From: Zancudomyces culisetae HAW-14-8
Lineage: Eukaryota > Fungi > Kickxellomycota
Length of the DNA: 64,000 nucleotides
Reading direction: 5' to 3'
NCBI GenBank assembly: GCA_052426225.1
Contig: JBNJNM010000011.1
Coordinates: forward strand, 1,302,001 to 1,366,000
Position 1 is the first letter of the stretch; the number at the start of each line of letters is the position of its first letter. Under the pieces are notes generated by a model. That model ran no database searches. It had not been told where the DNA came from and saw nothing but the letters and a program-made list of their open reading frames with translations. The translations under genes were made by a program, and so were the position numbers. Positions 1 through 10,735 of the stretch are shown one piece after another.

Positions 1-131
1 AGCTGAAATAAGTTCAACTCTGTTAATATTTTAAAACTAGTGTCAAAAACGAATAGAATACACATAAACACAAGAAAAAGGTGCTTACAGCCAAATATAT
101 CAATCTAAACTAACGAGATCCGGCGCAAAAA

Positions 132-422
132 ATGTCTTTAGCTTTGAAATTCTCAGATATAATACAAGATGTACAGCAATATCTAGGGAGCCAAGTGCAA
201 CAAGATGAAAATAATGTTCTATCATTGAGCGAGCTAGATGGGGAATCCGCCACCGAAAAAGGCAACGAGAGTATAGAGTATCTCGCTCAACTTAAGGTGT
301 TGGAAGACACTCTAGATAAGAAGGCTTACATTGAGAAGGAATACAAAAACATTGCACTCTTTAAAGAAAAGATTAATGAATTAGAACAGGAAATCGATGA
401 AATTAACAGTGATATTTGCTGA
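132..422 (+). CDS. Small acidic coiled-coil protein (96 aa), possibly a BLOC-1 (Bli1/BLOS-like) subunit
   Basis: ATG in AAAAATG context, intact ORF, heptad-like E/K/L/I pattern. The family guess rests only on size and a recalled resemblance. Confidence 0.55.
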   Translation: MSLALKFSDIIQDVQQYLGSQVQQDENNVLSLSELDGESATEKGNESIEYLAQLKVLEDTLDKKAYIEKEYKNIALFKEKINELEQEIDEINSDIC

Positions 423-1637
423 AATATTACTATAGCACAGCGTTTTCAGAATATCTGACGTGGCCCAGACGCTTTACTTATAGTAAATCACATAAAAATG
501 CCTTCAAAAAGTCAAAATATAACTGAAAGACCACTGCTAAATCTATGAATCACCATCATTGTTATTGTAAACGGCACTCGAAACACCTAAACAAATACAA
601 TCGCTTTCCAATACTACTGGTATGTATGTATTCAAATTTCTGTGTCCAGATACCACAGAGAAGCATTTTTGTTTTAATCGGGATATCAAACTAGTTTTAT
701 TTGCTCCTTCGAAACCGCTAGAGTGACTAATCTTCCGGATTCTAGCTTGCTATACCTGATGCTCTACTACCGATTTCTCAACAATATCTATTGGCAATTG
801 TATTGGTAGATTTCATACATTGATAGCACAAATCATACTGGAGGGCGGTAGCTTAGATTTTATTGTATATTTTACCCATAATAATAATAAACTCATTTCT
901 AACACGACCTTTAACTCCGACACTGGCCTATAAAATCTACTCTGATGTGTGACAGTGTTGTGGATCCCTCCTTTCTTTCTTGGCTAGATGTAGCCATAAT
1001 AATGGACCTATATCATTTCTCTGTACTATTGGTGTACTCCCACTTTTTATTGCACTATCACTTGGTTATATAATGACGCATTAGTTATATCTAACCATTT
1101 TATAATATCCTGGCTGGCCTATTTACCCACAACATGTGACCATCAGGACTACTATCACGGGAATAACTATATTGGACACTCACTCAACCGCTTGGCTAAT
1201 TTGAACCCATGTTTTTGCTTTCTTTTTGCGGTTTTGAAATCAAAGAATCCATTTAAAAACACAAGACAGCATTAAGTTCCAACTCACTGAAATTGAGTGG
1301 ATGTTATCTGTGTTTCCAGAGTCTCCCACTGAATACTACTTTGGGGGCTATCCTCCAAGATTTGCGGTATTTGTATTAGTAATCATGGGTGCTATTTTTG
1401 ATTATTGGTATAAAACACAAAAAAAAAAGATTCGTCGAATCAGCCAATAAAAGTTACAGTAAAATGCTTACCTTAAGCGGTAAACCAATTCTGTTCCTAT
1501 CTACTTATTGCCCTGTTTTTTTTTATCGCATCAAATTATAAATAAACTGAGTTCAGCCTTTGCTGGAGTTTCATATATTTTTTGAGTCAAAGATTTAAGA
1601 GCAACAAAAAATATATATATTATAAAATTTTAAAAAA

Positions 1638-2724
1638 ATGTTTTCAAGAGTCGCTAGAAAGGTAAGAACTAATTTGGCTTTCTGACCCAACAAGACAGTC
1701 TTTTTTCTCTCTTTTTATATAGTATAAAGTACTAATTTTAAAAGGTGATTACGCTACCATCTCTCGATTAACTATATAGGTATCCCCAGTGGCAAGTAGA
1801 TTTTATTCAACACAGCCCGCCGCAGGTAGTAAAGGAAAAGCTTTTCTGTATGCATCTCTCCTCACAGGTGGAATTCTAGCCGGAAGCTATTTATACACAT
1901 CAAAAAAACCTGAGACAGTTACAAAAGTTGAAAAAATGCAGATTGAGCAAGCCCTAAATCCCGAGAAATTCGTGCCTTTTGAACTCGCAGAGGTTGAAAA
2001 GGTATCCGATAATACACGCATCTTCCGCTTCAAATTGGAAGAGGGTCAACAATTGGGAATGACCGTTGCTTCATGCCTTCTTACTCTTAAACCCGCAGAA
2101 AAAGAGGGAGAAAAGGATGTAGTCAGGCCATATACTCCCATAACCGACGAGGAAACCACTGGCCACTTTGATTTATTGATCAAGGAGTACCCTACTGGTG
2201 TCATGTCAAAGCATATCACTAGCTTGAAACCTGGTGATAAGCTCATGGTAAAGGGACCAATTCCCAAGTACAAGTACGCAGAAAATACCAAAAAGGAGAT
2301 CGGAATGATTGCTGGCGGTACAGGTATTACACCAATGCTTCAGGTTATCCACAAGGTTCTTAAAAACCCAAGCGATTCAACAAAGGTTTCTTTGTTGTTT
2401 GCAAATGTTTCAGAGAAAGATATTTTGTTGAAAAGCCACTTGGATGCACTCGCAAGCGCACACCCAGACCGATTCAAAGTACAATACATTATTGATAAGC
2501 CAGCACCTGGCTGGAAGGGCGAAACAGGGTACGTGACAGCAGATATGGCACAGAAGTACATGCCAGACGTGTCTATGGGTGATGACTGTGTTGTATTTGT
2601 GTGTGGGCCTCCAGGAATGATGAAGAGTGTTAGTGGATCAAAGAAGAGCCCCACTGACCAAGGACCACTGGTAGGAATTTTGAAGGAATTGGGCTACACT
2701 GAAAGTAATGTTTACAAGTTTTAG
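1638..2724 (+). CDS. MCR1: Mitochondrial NADH-cytochrome b5 reductase, membrane-anchored copy. Exons 1638-1661 and 1780-2724.
   Basis: The GT-AG intron 1662-1779 joins MFSRVARK to VSPVASRFYST in frame. Presequence plus hydrophobic anchor (AFLYASLLTGGILAGSYLY). Motifs RPYTP, GxMS, AGGTGITPM, CGPPGM and terminal YKF. Confidence 0.93.
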
Positions 2725-3444
2725 TTTTATTGATGCCGTTTCGTATTTGAGTTTTATTTGAAGATAGTGTCACATTTACAAACCTAATAAAAGCTTGAAT
2801 TTCAAAAAATTTGGGTTTATCACTTTTTTGATTTTGTTGTGCATTACACCAATGCTCTGGTAATAGGTACCACCTAACATGAGATAAAAATACAAAAACA
2901 TGCAATTGTGAATTATAAAAGTACAGACACCACGCTATTTACAAACTTGCAGGGTTGTCGGGTGTTACTTTTGGTTATTTATATTTGAGTTTGATGCTTG
3001 TAGCCTCATCTTTTGCATATCTGGAGTAAACATTGTAAATACTTGTGTCTAAAACATACTTTCTGTTAGTATATGAGGTGATGCTCCCCCCTCCTCCATT
3101 CTTCCCTAGTTCCGAACATATGACATCTATAAAGTGGATGAATATGTAGTTCTATTATACCTTTTTACCCTCAATAAGTAATTCAAATAAATTATACTCA
3201 ACTGTGATTTTGGAGTTTCACGGTTACAAGTTCTGGTGGCAAATACCAATCCATCCTGATACAAATTGGCCTAATTTTTATTTGGTATGAAACATCCGCT
3301 AGCCCTTTACTCGTTTGTTTCTTGCATTTTTCACCTACACGCAATAATAATAATAAAAATTGCTCAAAATACAAAATATCACTTTACTTTAACAAACAGT
3401 TATTAATGCCCATATTAAACCCAACCTCCTGGAAGAATTGAAAA

Positions 3445-4458
3445 ATGAATTTTAGAGTGGGACAAAAGGTAAGCCCTGTCCTAAAGATGGAATTTGATAC
3501 ATGTAGGCATCTCTAAAAATAATAAATCATAAATAGATTATCTCCAACGCTGCACGGTTTTACTCAACTCGTCAGGGCGCAGAAGGTATGATTTTTTTTA
3601 ATCTCTCTAGACTGTACTTAAAGTCATTTTTCGTAATTAACCAAAAATAGGTACTTAAATGTAGGTGGTAGAATAGTAGCCAATGCCCTAAATCCCGAGA
3701 AATTTGTGCCTTTCGAAGTTTCAAAGGTCGAAAGGGTATCAGATAATACAAAAGTTATACGTTTTAAGTTGCAGGAGGGTCAACGCCTAGGATTGCCAGT
3801 TTGCTCATCTCTATATACTCTTAAACCTGCAGAAAAGCAAGGTGAAAAGGACGTCACTAAGCCATATACTCCCATAACCGACGAGGAAACCACTGGCCAC
3901 TTTGATTTATTGATCAAGGAGTACCCTACTGGTGTCATGTCAAAGCATATCACTAGCTTGAAACCTGGTGATAAGCTCATGGTAAAGGGACCAATTCCCA
4001 AGTACAAGTACGCAGAAAATACCAAAAAGGAGATCGGAATGATTGCTGGCGGTACAGGTATTACACCAATGCTTCAGGTTATCCACAAGGTTCTTAAAAA
4101 CCCAAGTGATTCAACAAAGCTTTCTTTGTTGTTTGCAAATGTTTCAGAGAAAGATATTTTGTTGAAGAGCCACTTGGATGCACTCGCAAGCGCACACCCA
4201 GACCGATTCAAAGTACAATACGTTATTGATAAGCCAGCACCTGGCTGGAAGGGCGAAACAGGGTACGTGACAGCAGATATGGCACAGAAGTACATGCCAG
4301 ACGTGTCTATGGGTGATGACTGTGTTGTATTTGTGTGTGGGCCTCCAGGAATGATGAAGAGTGTTAGTGGATCAAAAAGGAGTCGTACCGACCAAGGCCC
4401 GCTGGTAGGAATTTTGAAGGAATTGGGCTACACTGAAAGCAACGTATGCAAATTCTAG
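3445..4458 (+). CDS. MCR1: Second NADH-cytochrome b5 reductase, anchor-less tandem paralog. Exons 3445-3468, 3537-3585 and 3665-4458.
   Basis: Spliced N-terminus MNFRVGQK-IISNAARFYSTRQGAEG-GRIVANALNPEKF is in frame with ORF 3706-4458. Catalytic region is nearly identical to copy 1. Confidence 0.85.
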
Positions 4459-4834
4459 ATAGTTGACCGCCTGTTCCTTGCATACTTTAAATACGTAGTG
4501 GACATGAAACTATGTAACCAAGAAACACCAGCTATACCCAAACCTCACTTGTGCTCTCAAAGCCGTTTAATTATCCTGCACAATGATATGTTCAACTATT
4601 TTTTTTTGATCATTAGCCATCAGTTTTATGTTTTGGTTATTTTTAGTAAATATCAGAAATAGTCTTTAAAAATGGTTTTTTTTCTTTCGTAATAAAGAGT
4701 GGGATGTTTATGAAGGTATATTCTTTTATTTTATTGTCACCACTGGTAAAGTCATGTAAAGTATACAATTTAAACAAGAAGGTGATCAAATTTCCAAAAA
4801 TAAATATGTCTAGTGTTGTTGAGAAGTGAGAGAT

Positions 4835-5482
4835 CTAGGCGCTAACAGGAAGTTGGGCCGCTTCTTCTTCGCTATTAAGTAAGCGTTCTTTCTCCTGGCT
4901 CGTCAAATAGCTTAAAAAGCTGTTCCATACTACCCCAAATACTGCACCGAATGGAACTCTGTAAATCAATGGTATAACAGAGAGGTTTATTGCCTGGACT
5001 GCTGGCCAGAGATAATAGTTCGCTATCAATGTTTTTTTATATCGAAGCCTATGGCTCTCTTTTATCTGTTCTTTGGTTTTTCCTTCCATTGTTCCCATCA
5101 CCACAATAAATGCCGATACTGCAACTGGGGCAAAAACTACCTGATCACAAAGCACACGCTTACCTATTGTGCCAAAGAAGTCTCTGTTGTACTTGGATTT
5201 TTGTGAGTTTAATAGTGCTTTAAACGGAAAACGTTTATCCAAAAACGAGTACCAGCGGTATGCAACCGGAGCAAATACAAGACCATAAAGAAAGAATCTA
5301 AATGTTTGTTTGGGATCAACTTTACTCCAAAACCCCTTTTCGCTACCGCTTACTCCCATCGATTTGATGTTTGAGGATTGAGCCAGTAAATCACCTGTGG
5401 CTGCAATTGCTCCATTTGATAAACTGATGGACACATATGGATTCCGTGATGCATATCTTTTGAAGTTGCTCCAAAATGACAT
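4835..5482 (-). CDS. SYM1: Mpv17/PMP22 family membrane protein (Sym1-like), copy 1
   Basis: GDLLAQ, WYSFLD, KRVLCDQVVFAP, NYYLWPAVQAIN and WNSFLS family motifs; intronless. Confidence 0.88.
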   Translation of the reverse strand: MSFWSNFKRYASRNPYVSISLSNGAIAATGDLLAQSSNIKSMGVSGSEKGFWSKVDPKQTFRFFLYGLVFAPVAYRWYSFLDKRFPFKALLNSQKSKYNRDFFGTIGKRVLCDQVVFAPVAVSAFIVVMGTMEGKTKEQIKESHRLRYKKTLIANYYLWPAVQAINLSVIPLIYRVPFGAVFGVVWNSFLSYLTSQEKERLLNSEEEAAQLPVSA

Positions 5483-6141
5483 TTCGTTTTCGTTTTCGTT
5501 TTCGTTTTTTTTGTGAAGATTGGTTTAACACTTTCCTGGTCTCGATTTCCGATTATATTGAATATGTATGTTATCAAACAATAACATACAAGCGTACAAA
5601 CCAAGAATAGAAATATGGAAAAAAAAACCTAAAAGTTGGTATCCAACAATCACATTTCCCCTTAATTTTTTTTTTTTGCTCATCTCAATTAGCCCGTCCA
5701 AATGTTAAATTTTTTTGATTCACAATACTTTTTTCAGTGCGGTGATAGGCCTAGAAGGGCCAGAGTTATCACATGAAACTATATTACATGATTGACATAA
5801 AAGTATGCCCACCCTTCCCTAAAAAAAAAAGAAACCTATCCGTGGAAAACCTAATGGTCCGCTCTGAATATACTATACCTGTGTCATCCTCAAGAAGTTT
5901 GAATCAAGGATGAGCAGTAAATCTGAATAGACGTACTTTAAACATTTGATTCCAATAAGACGTGTTGTATTATGTCGTCTACACATTCAAAAACAGCTTT
6001 ATTCTCTGATCTTAGAAGCTTGATTTATTAATGCCAAATATTTTTAATAAAACTAGGCTCATCAGTACAGATAAACCAAGGTGACCCAGTATGAAACTAA
6101 AAAAACAAACTCATACCCAGTGTATTTTGTGGTTGACGGCT

Positions 6142-6738
6142 TTAACGCCTGCTTTGGATATAGCTCAAGTAAGAATTCCAAAATATACCAAATATACTTC
6201 CACAAGGTACTCTGAATTGCATAGGTATAAGTGAAAAATTCAATAGTTGAAACGCCGGCCAGATTAAGTAGTTGGCTTTTAAGGTGATAAAGTATTTGTC
6301 TTTGAATGCCTGCTGAATTTCGTACCTGTTTTTGCCCTCCATAACATTCATATATGAAAAAAAGAGTATAATACCTATTGGAGCAAAAATCAGTTGATCA
6401 GTGGCAACTCTTTTCACAAGAGGTACTATGGCGTTTATTTTTGATTCGCTTGACTTTTCCCTGACTGCTGACAGTGGAAACCTTTTGTTGAGAAATATGT
6501 ACCATCTATTTACCACTGGTCCCAACAAAAACCCGTACGATACAAACCGAAGAGTTCTCATCAAGTCGTATTCTTGTGTAGACATTGATACAGTTGTAGA
6601 GCCATCTATATTTTCAAACTTCAGTCCCTGTGCGATAATATCTCCAAGACCGAACAATATTCCATTGGTTATAGACATTGTTTTCACTGGGTGAGCAACT
6701 GAAGCCTTGCTCCACGAGTTTAGCAACTTTAAAGCCAT
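6142..6738 (-). CDS. SYM1: Mpv17/PMP22 family membrane protein, copy 2
   Basis: GDIIAQ, YDLMRTLRF, KRVATDQLIFAP, NYLIWPAFQLLNF, WNSYLS. Confidence 0.88.
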   Translation of the reverse strand: MALKLLNSWSKASVAHPVKTMSITNGILFGLGDIIAQGLKFENIDGSTTVSMSTQEYDLMRTLRFVSYGFLLGPVVNRWYIFLNKRFPLSAVREKSSESKINAIVPLVKRVATDQLIFAPIGIILFFSYMNVMEGKNRYEIQQAFKDKYFITLKANYLIWPAFQLLNFSLIPMQFRVPCGSIFGIFWNSYLSYIQSRR

Positions 6739-8094
6739 TATTCCTTTGCGCGTTATGTAGTTATTTGTTAAGCTTCTTTCTTTTTATGTCGATACCAGCA
6801 CTGTGATGATATACTTGTTTAACCCCAACAGTATATTACAGATGTTTTACTAAGTTGGCTACTTTTGGTTTATTTAAATATAGGATATTTGATTTTTATA
6901 TAAGTTGAACTGGTTAGATAGGAGAAAGAAGTTTTGAATCAAAAACCCGGCTTCGTAAAGTAAATAATACACCCCCATTTCCAAATTGTGAGGCAGGGAT
7001 ATTAACAGATTAAAATTCTTCGAAACGCAAAATTGAAGGCATGTGGGGTTGGTTATTCCCTCTATTAATTTTAACTTGTTTTCCAATGCATTATTTGTTT
7101 TCGCATGACATCCTATAATACCTGTCAACAAACATTGGATGATGGCGAAATATCAAGCCAGTCTAAACCAAAAAATAAATACTATTTATATTGATTCCAC
7201 CCAAACGAGCTTGGAGTTTTCATGCAATATGGATTTTCCAGTTATTAAGCTCGATAAATAAGGAGGGTGGGATGAATCTGAATTTGGCTTTATTGGTGCC
7301 GTATCTTACTACATAATGCGTATTTTGTGCAATATGTACAATATGTAATAGCCGATTTTGCTTCGCAAACACTTTGTCTGCTCCAAAGTTTGTCTTTTAT
7401 TCAAAAGCCAGGAAATATATAAAGACCCGCATGCATAGGGTGTGTATACATTCTGCACCTGGAATCGTTGAACAAACCATTCCCCTCTCATTGAAACATT
7501 GAAGGCTTTATTAGATATATTGCAATCCTAAACCCCAAGTAAACTCCAACTCCTAGGTATTAACGAGAGATATTTATAAAGTACCCGGGACACATACTTG
7601 TATACCTAGAGATATATCCCCTAGCTGAGTATTATGAAGCATCCATGCTCAACCAACCTTAAAAATTCTACACATACTAGATAACCCAGGCCATGTGCTG
7701 TATTACTAATAACACGTTTGATAGTATGCCAGTAAAGTCTGGTTTCAAAGCTCCATTTTACCATTGGCTCTTGGTACAGGTTCGTATCCAATAAAGCTGA
7801 AATACAATCCAAATCTTCAGGAGAACTTGGCATTTTCTGATTCCAATTAAAATTTCCCACTTTTCCAGGTGACCTCCCAAATCATTCACAAAACGGCTTG
7901 TCATTTTTTTTTTGGCTTAGCTCACAATAAATTCTTGATTCACGAAAAAAAATTTTCTTTATAAATTTGATGACTCTGAACAGAATATGTAAAAATAAAT
8001 ATAGCAAGCTTCAACTAAACTAAGAGCTAAGAAAAGTCGCACAGAAAATCGACACACAAACGTAGGGTTTATCGATGAAAGATATAGATTACTA

Positions 8095-8775
8095 ATGGCA
8101 GCACTGTTCAAGCTTTGGAAAATTAGTGCTCAAAATCGCCCTTACACAACCATTGTGGCAACAGAAATTGCACTATCTTCGTGTGGTGACATTCTGGCAC
8201 AATCACTTGATCACTTTGAATTTTTTAAAGTCTACAATGACAGCGCACATCAGCTCGTCAAAGAACCTACGGCTGTCAACGGATGGCTAGGTTGGTACGA
8301 TCCCATGAGAACAATGCGATTTACACTTGTTGCGACCATGATATCACCAATTGGATTTCGATGGCACAAGTTTTTGGACAAAAGAGTCCCATTGAATTCC
8401 AAGATAGTCAATATGGAAAGCAAAAGCAGAATAAGTAGGTTTAGGATCAGACTAAAAAACTCGAAACCAGTCGCAAAACGTGTAGTATACGATCAAGTTT
8501 TGTACGAGCCGCTTGCATATATAACAATATTCACCAGCCTAGGCATTTTAGAGCAGCTGAATTTTCAGGAAATCAAAGAAAAAGTGCGCTCAACCGCTAT
8601 CCCTACCTACATTACAGGGCTTGCATTGTGGCCATTTATTCAGGCCGTGAACTTTAGTCTTATACCACTGGTTTACAGAGTTCCATTTATGAGCATTTTT
8701 GATATATTTTGGGATACATACATGAGCTGGATGAATTCGCATTCACTCAAACGAGAGGACGTAGTAGCTCAGTAA
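8095..8775 (+). CDS. Mpv17/PMP22 family membrane protein, divergent copy 3 (inverted orientation)
   Basis: GDILAQ, YDPMRTMRF, KRVVYDQ, WPFIQAVNFSLIP. Confidence 0.87.
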   Translation: MAALFKLWKISAQNRPYTTIVATEIALSSCGDILAQSLDHFEFFKVYNDSAHQLVKEPTAVNGWLGWYDPMRTMRFTLVATMISPIGFRWHKFLDKRVPLNSKIVNMESKSRISRFRIRLKNSKPVAKRVVYDQVLYEPLAYITIFTSLGILEQLNFQEIKEKVRSTAIPTYITGLALWPFIQAVNFSLIPLVYRVPFMSIFDIFWDTYMSWMNSHSLKREDVVAQ

Positions 8776-9088
8776 AAGCTGGCCCTCCTGTATCATTCAC
8801 TCCCTCTCCCTAATTGCAAAACATAGCAGCGTATGCGTGTGTAGAAATGTATACCTGATTTGCCGCTTTGTCGCCTGGTTTATTTCATAGAGGCATAACC
8901 TTGACTATATTATGATAGAGGGATAATAAGCATTTCAGATGTAATTTTTAAAAATCGGAAGGTCTTTCTTTCCAAAATAGAATTTTGCAAACTAGAAAAT
9001 AAAAATAGTACAGCACACCTAAAACTAAATAATCTGGACAAAATGAAGCTCTACTATGGTTTTAATGTGGTTGAAATATCCCATAAAT

Positions 9089-9140
9089 GGTGTATGTGTG
9101 TATGTGTGTATGTATGTGTGTGTGTGTGTGTGTGTGTGTG
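9089..9140. repeat. (TG)n / (TATG)n microsatellite
   Basis: Direct read: tgtatgtgtgtatgtgtgtatgtatg followed by a pure TG run. Confidence 0.95.
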
Positions 9141-9235
9141 ACAGATTCCTAAACTTGGGTTTGTCTACAAACAGTGGACTAATTGTACAATGTAAAATCC
9201 AATACTAGACCCATTAAATGTTTAAAACCGGATGG

Positions 9236-10735
9236 TCAGACTGGGTTGGCAAAGTGCAGTAGTGAAAAAACAGTATCTTTTCCTAAAGACTGACATATAC
9301 CATTTAATCTATTGATGACACTGGGTGTCATTTTCTCCAAGGTTTTAGTTGTATCAGCGACAAAAGTCGAGTCTGAGTCTGCATCCGAACTGTTGTCGCT
9401 TAATCCATACAAATTGGCCGGGTTCTCAAAATTCAGCCCAAAGTTGCACCCATATGTTGCTCTTAGTTTGATGCGTTTCATTTTTGGAGCGTTTAGCCCT
9501 ATTTCCAAAAGTGCCTGGGTTTGCACTTTCTCATAGATATCAAACAGTTCTAGAGTTTCTAAATGGGTGAAGTTCATACACGCCCTGCGGATTAATTCAA
9601 AAGATTTAAGCGAGCGTCTAGGTATGATTGAGCTACAGGACAGTGTCAGGTATTTTATGTTGGGAAAGTAATATCCAAATTTGGATAGGCTTTCATAGTT
9701 CCTATAGAGAACCAAATTAGTACACTGGTGTGCCAACATGGCTGTAATAGATGATTTGAGGCCTTCAGAATTGCCATCAGTACTATTATATTCATGGGAT
9801 TTATCCCGAAACATTCTTTGTTGTGTTCTAGATTCCACCTCATCTATAAAATCAGCTGAAATCCTCGCGCATGAGCTGATGTCTAGCACTCTTAGCGTTT
9901 TCAGATTGTACAGCGAAGCGATTCCTCGCGCGGTAACTTTCACACAGTTTGAAATGTTTAGATTTTGTATGGGTAGCCCTGATTCAGATAATAGCTCCAA
10001 ACAACCATCATCAATCTTTTGGCAATTGGAAACGTCTAATGTCATCAACTGTTTTAGATTGGACGTAACTGATCTCATAACTTCAAAATCAAAAAACATC
10101 AACTCCTTACATATAACAACTCGCAGATTAACAAACGTAGAAAATAAAGTTTTTAACGATTTTGAGGACAGGTCAAAGCACTGGTTTACATTTAGCTTTT
10201 CCAGCTTGAAATTCATATGACGGACAAAATCTGTATGAATAAGCTCTCCGCCTTGCTGCTGACAGGTCTTGTAGTATATAATGGATAGTTCATTTTCCAA
10301 TACTTTTACAGCCTCTTTCGAAAAAAATTGTACGTTTTTGGCATTGATTGAAAGTAGGTTTGGTAGTGAAAGTATACAGCCTGCTAACCAGTCTTGTGGA
10401 ATTCGCGAATAGATGTCATCTTCTATCATGTTCACATTCAAGTGTTGTATATTCGCCTTAAATATGTCATGAAACTGTTTTCCAGTATTCGTTTTCACGA
10501 CTTTTGATGATTTAATGCACTTTAAAAACAATAGAAATGATTCAATAGGGCTCAGTTTATGACCAAATACTGGCGATGTATAAAGTCTCTTTATCGCGGC
10601 ATTGTACCAATTCTTATTTACTTTCATCGATTGTAATATTCCGTTATGATCCAAATACAGCATCAGTCGATCGAGAAATGGATCCAATCTGTGGATAGGC
10701 GTGAACACCGTGTTGACAGTAGTTGGGCCTTTCAT
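9236..10735 (-). CDS. F-box / cysteine-containing leucine-rich repeat protein (499 aa)
   Basis: N-terminal F-box-like segment (LDRLMLYLD...SMKVNKNWYNAAIKRLY) and repeated LxISxCxxIT LRRs (LNVNQCFDLS, LDVSNCQKID, LNISNCVKVT, LDISSCARIS). Confidence 0.8.
   Translation of the reverse strand: MKGPTTVNTVFTPIHRLDPFLDRLMLYLDHNGILQSMKVNKNWYNAAIKRLYTSPVFGHKLSPIESFLLFLKCIKSSKVVKTNTGKQFHDIFKANIQHLNVNMIEDDIYSRIPQDWLAGCILSLPNLLSINAKNVQFFSKEAVKVLENELSIIYYKTCQQQGGELIHTDFVRHMNFKLEKLNVNQCFDLSSKSLKTLFSTFVNLRVVICKELMFFDFEVMRSVTSNLKQLMTLDVSNCQKIDDGCLELLSESGLPIQNLNISNCVKVTARGIASLYNLKTLRVLDISSCARISADFIDEVESRTQQRMFRDKSHEYNSTDGNSEGLKSSITAMLAHQCTNLVLYRNYESLSKFGYYFPNIKYLTLSCSSIIPRRSLKSFELIRRACMNFTHLETLELFDIYEKVQTQALLEIGLNAPKMKRIKLRATYGCNFGLNFENPANLYGLSDNSSDADSDSTFVADTTKTLEKMTPSVINRLNGICQSLGKDTVFSLLHFANPV

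Noticed and set aside
414-620. TGC-TGA (Cys-UGA) end of the first ORF as a possible selenocysteine site
   Set aside because: Coiled-coil context, no redox motif, and no convincing SECIS downstream.
540-1220. Short open stretches on the minus strand between the first ORF and MCR1
   Set aside because: Interrupted by stops, no consistent splice model and no recognisable motif.
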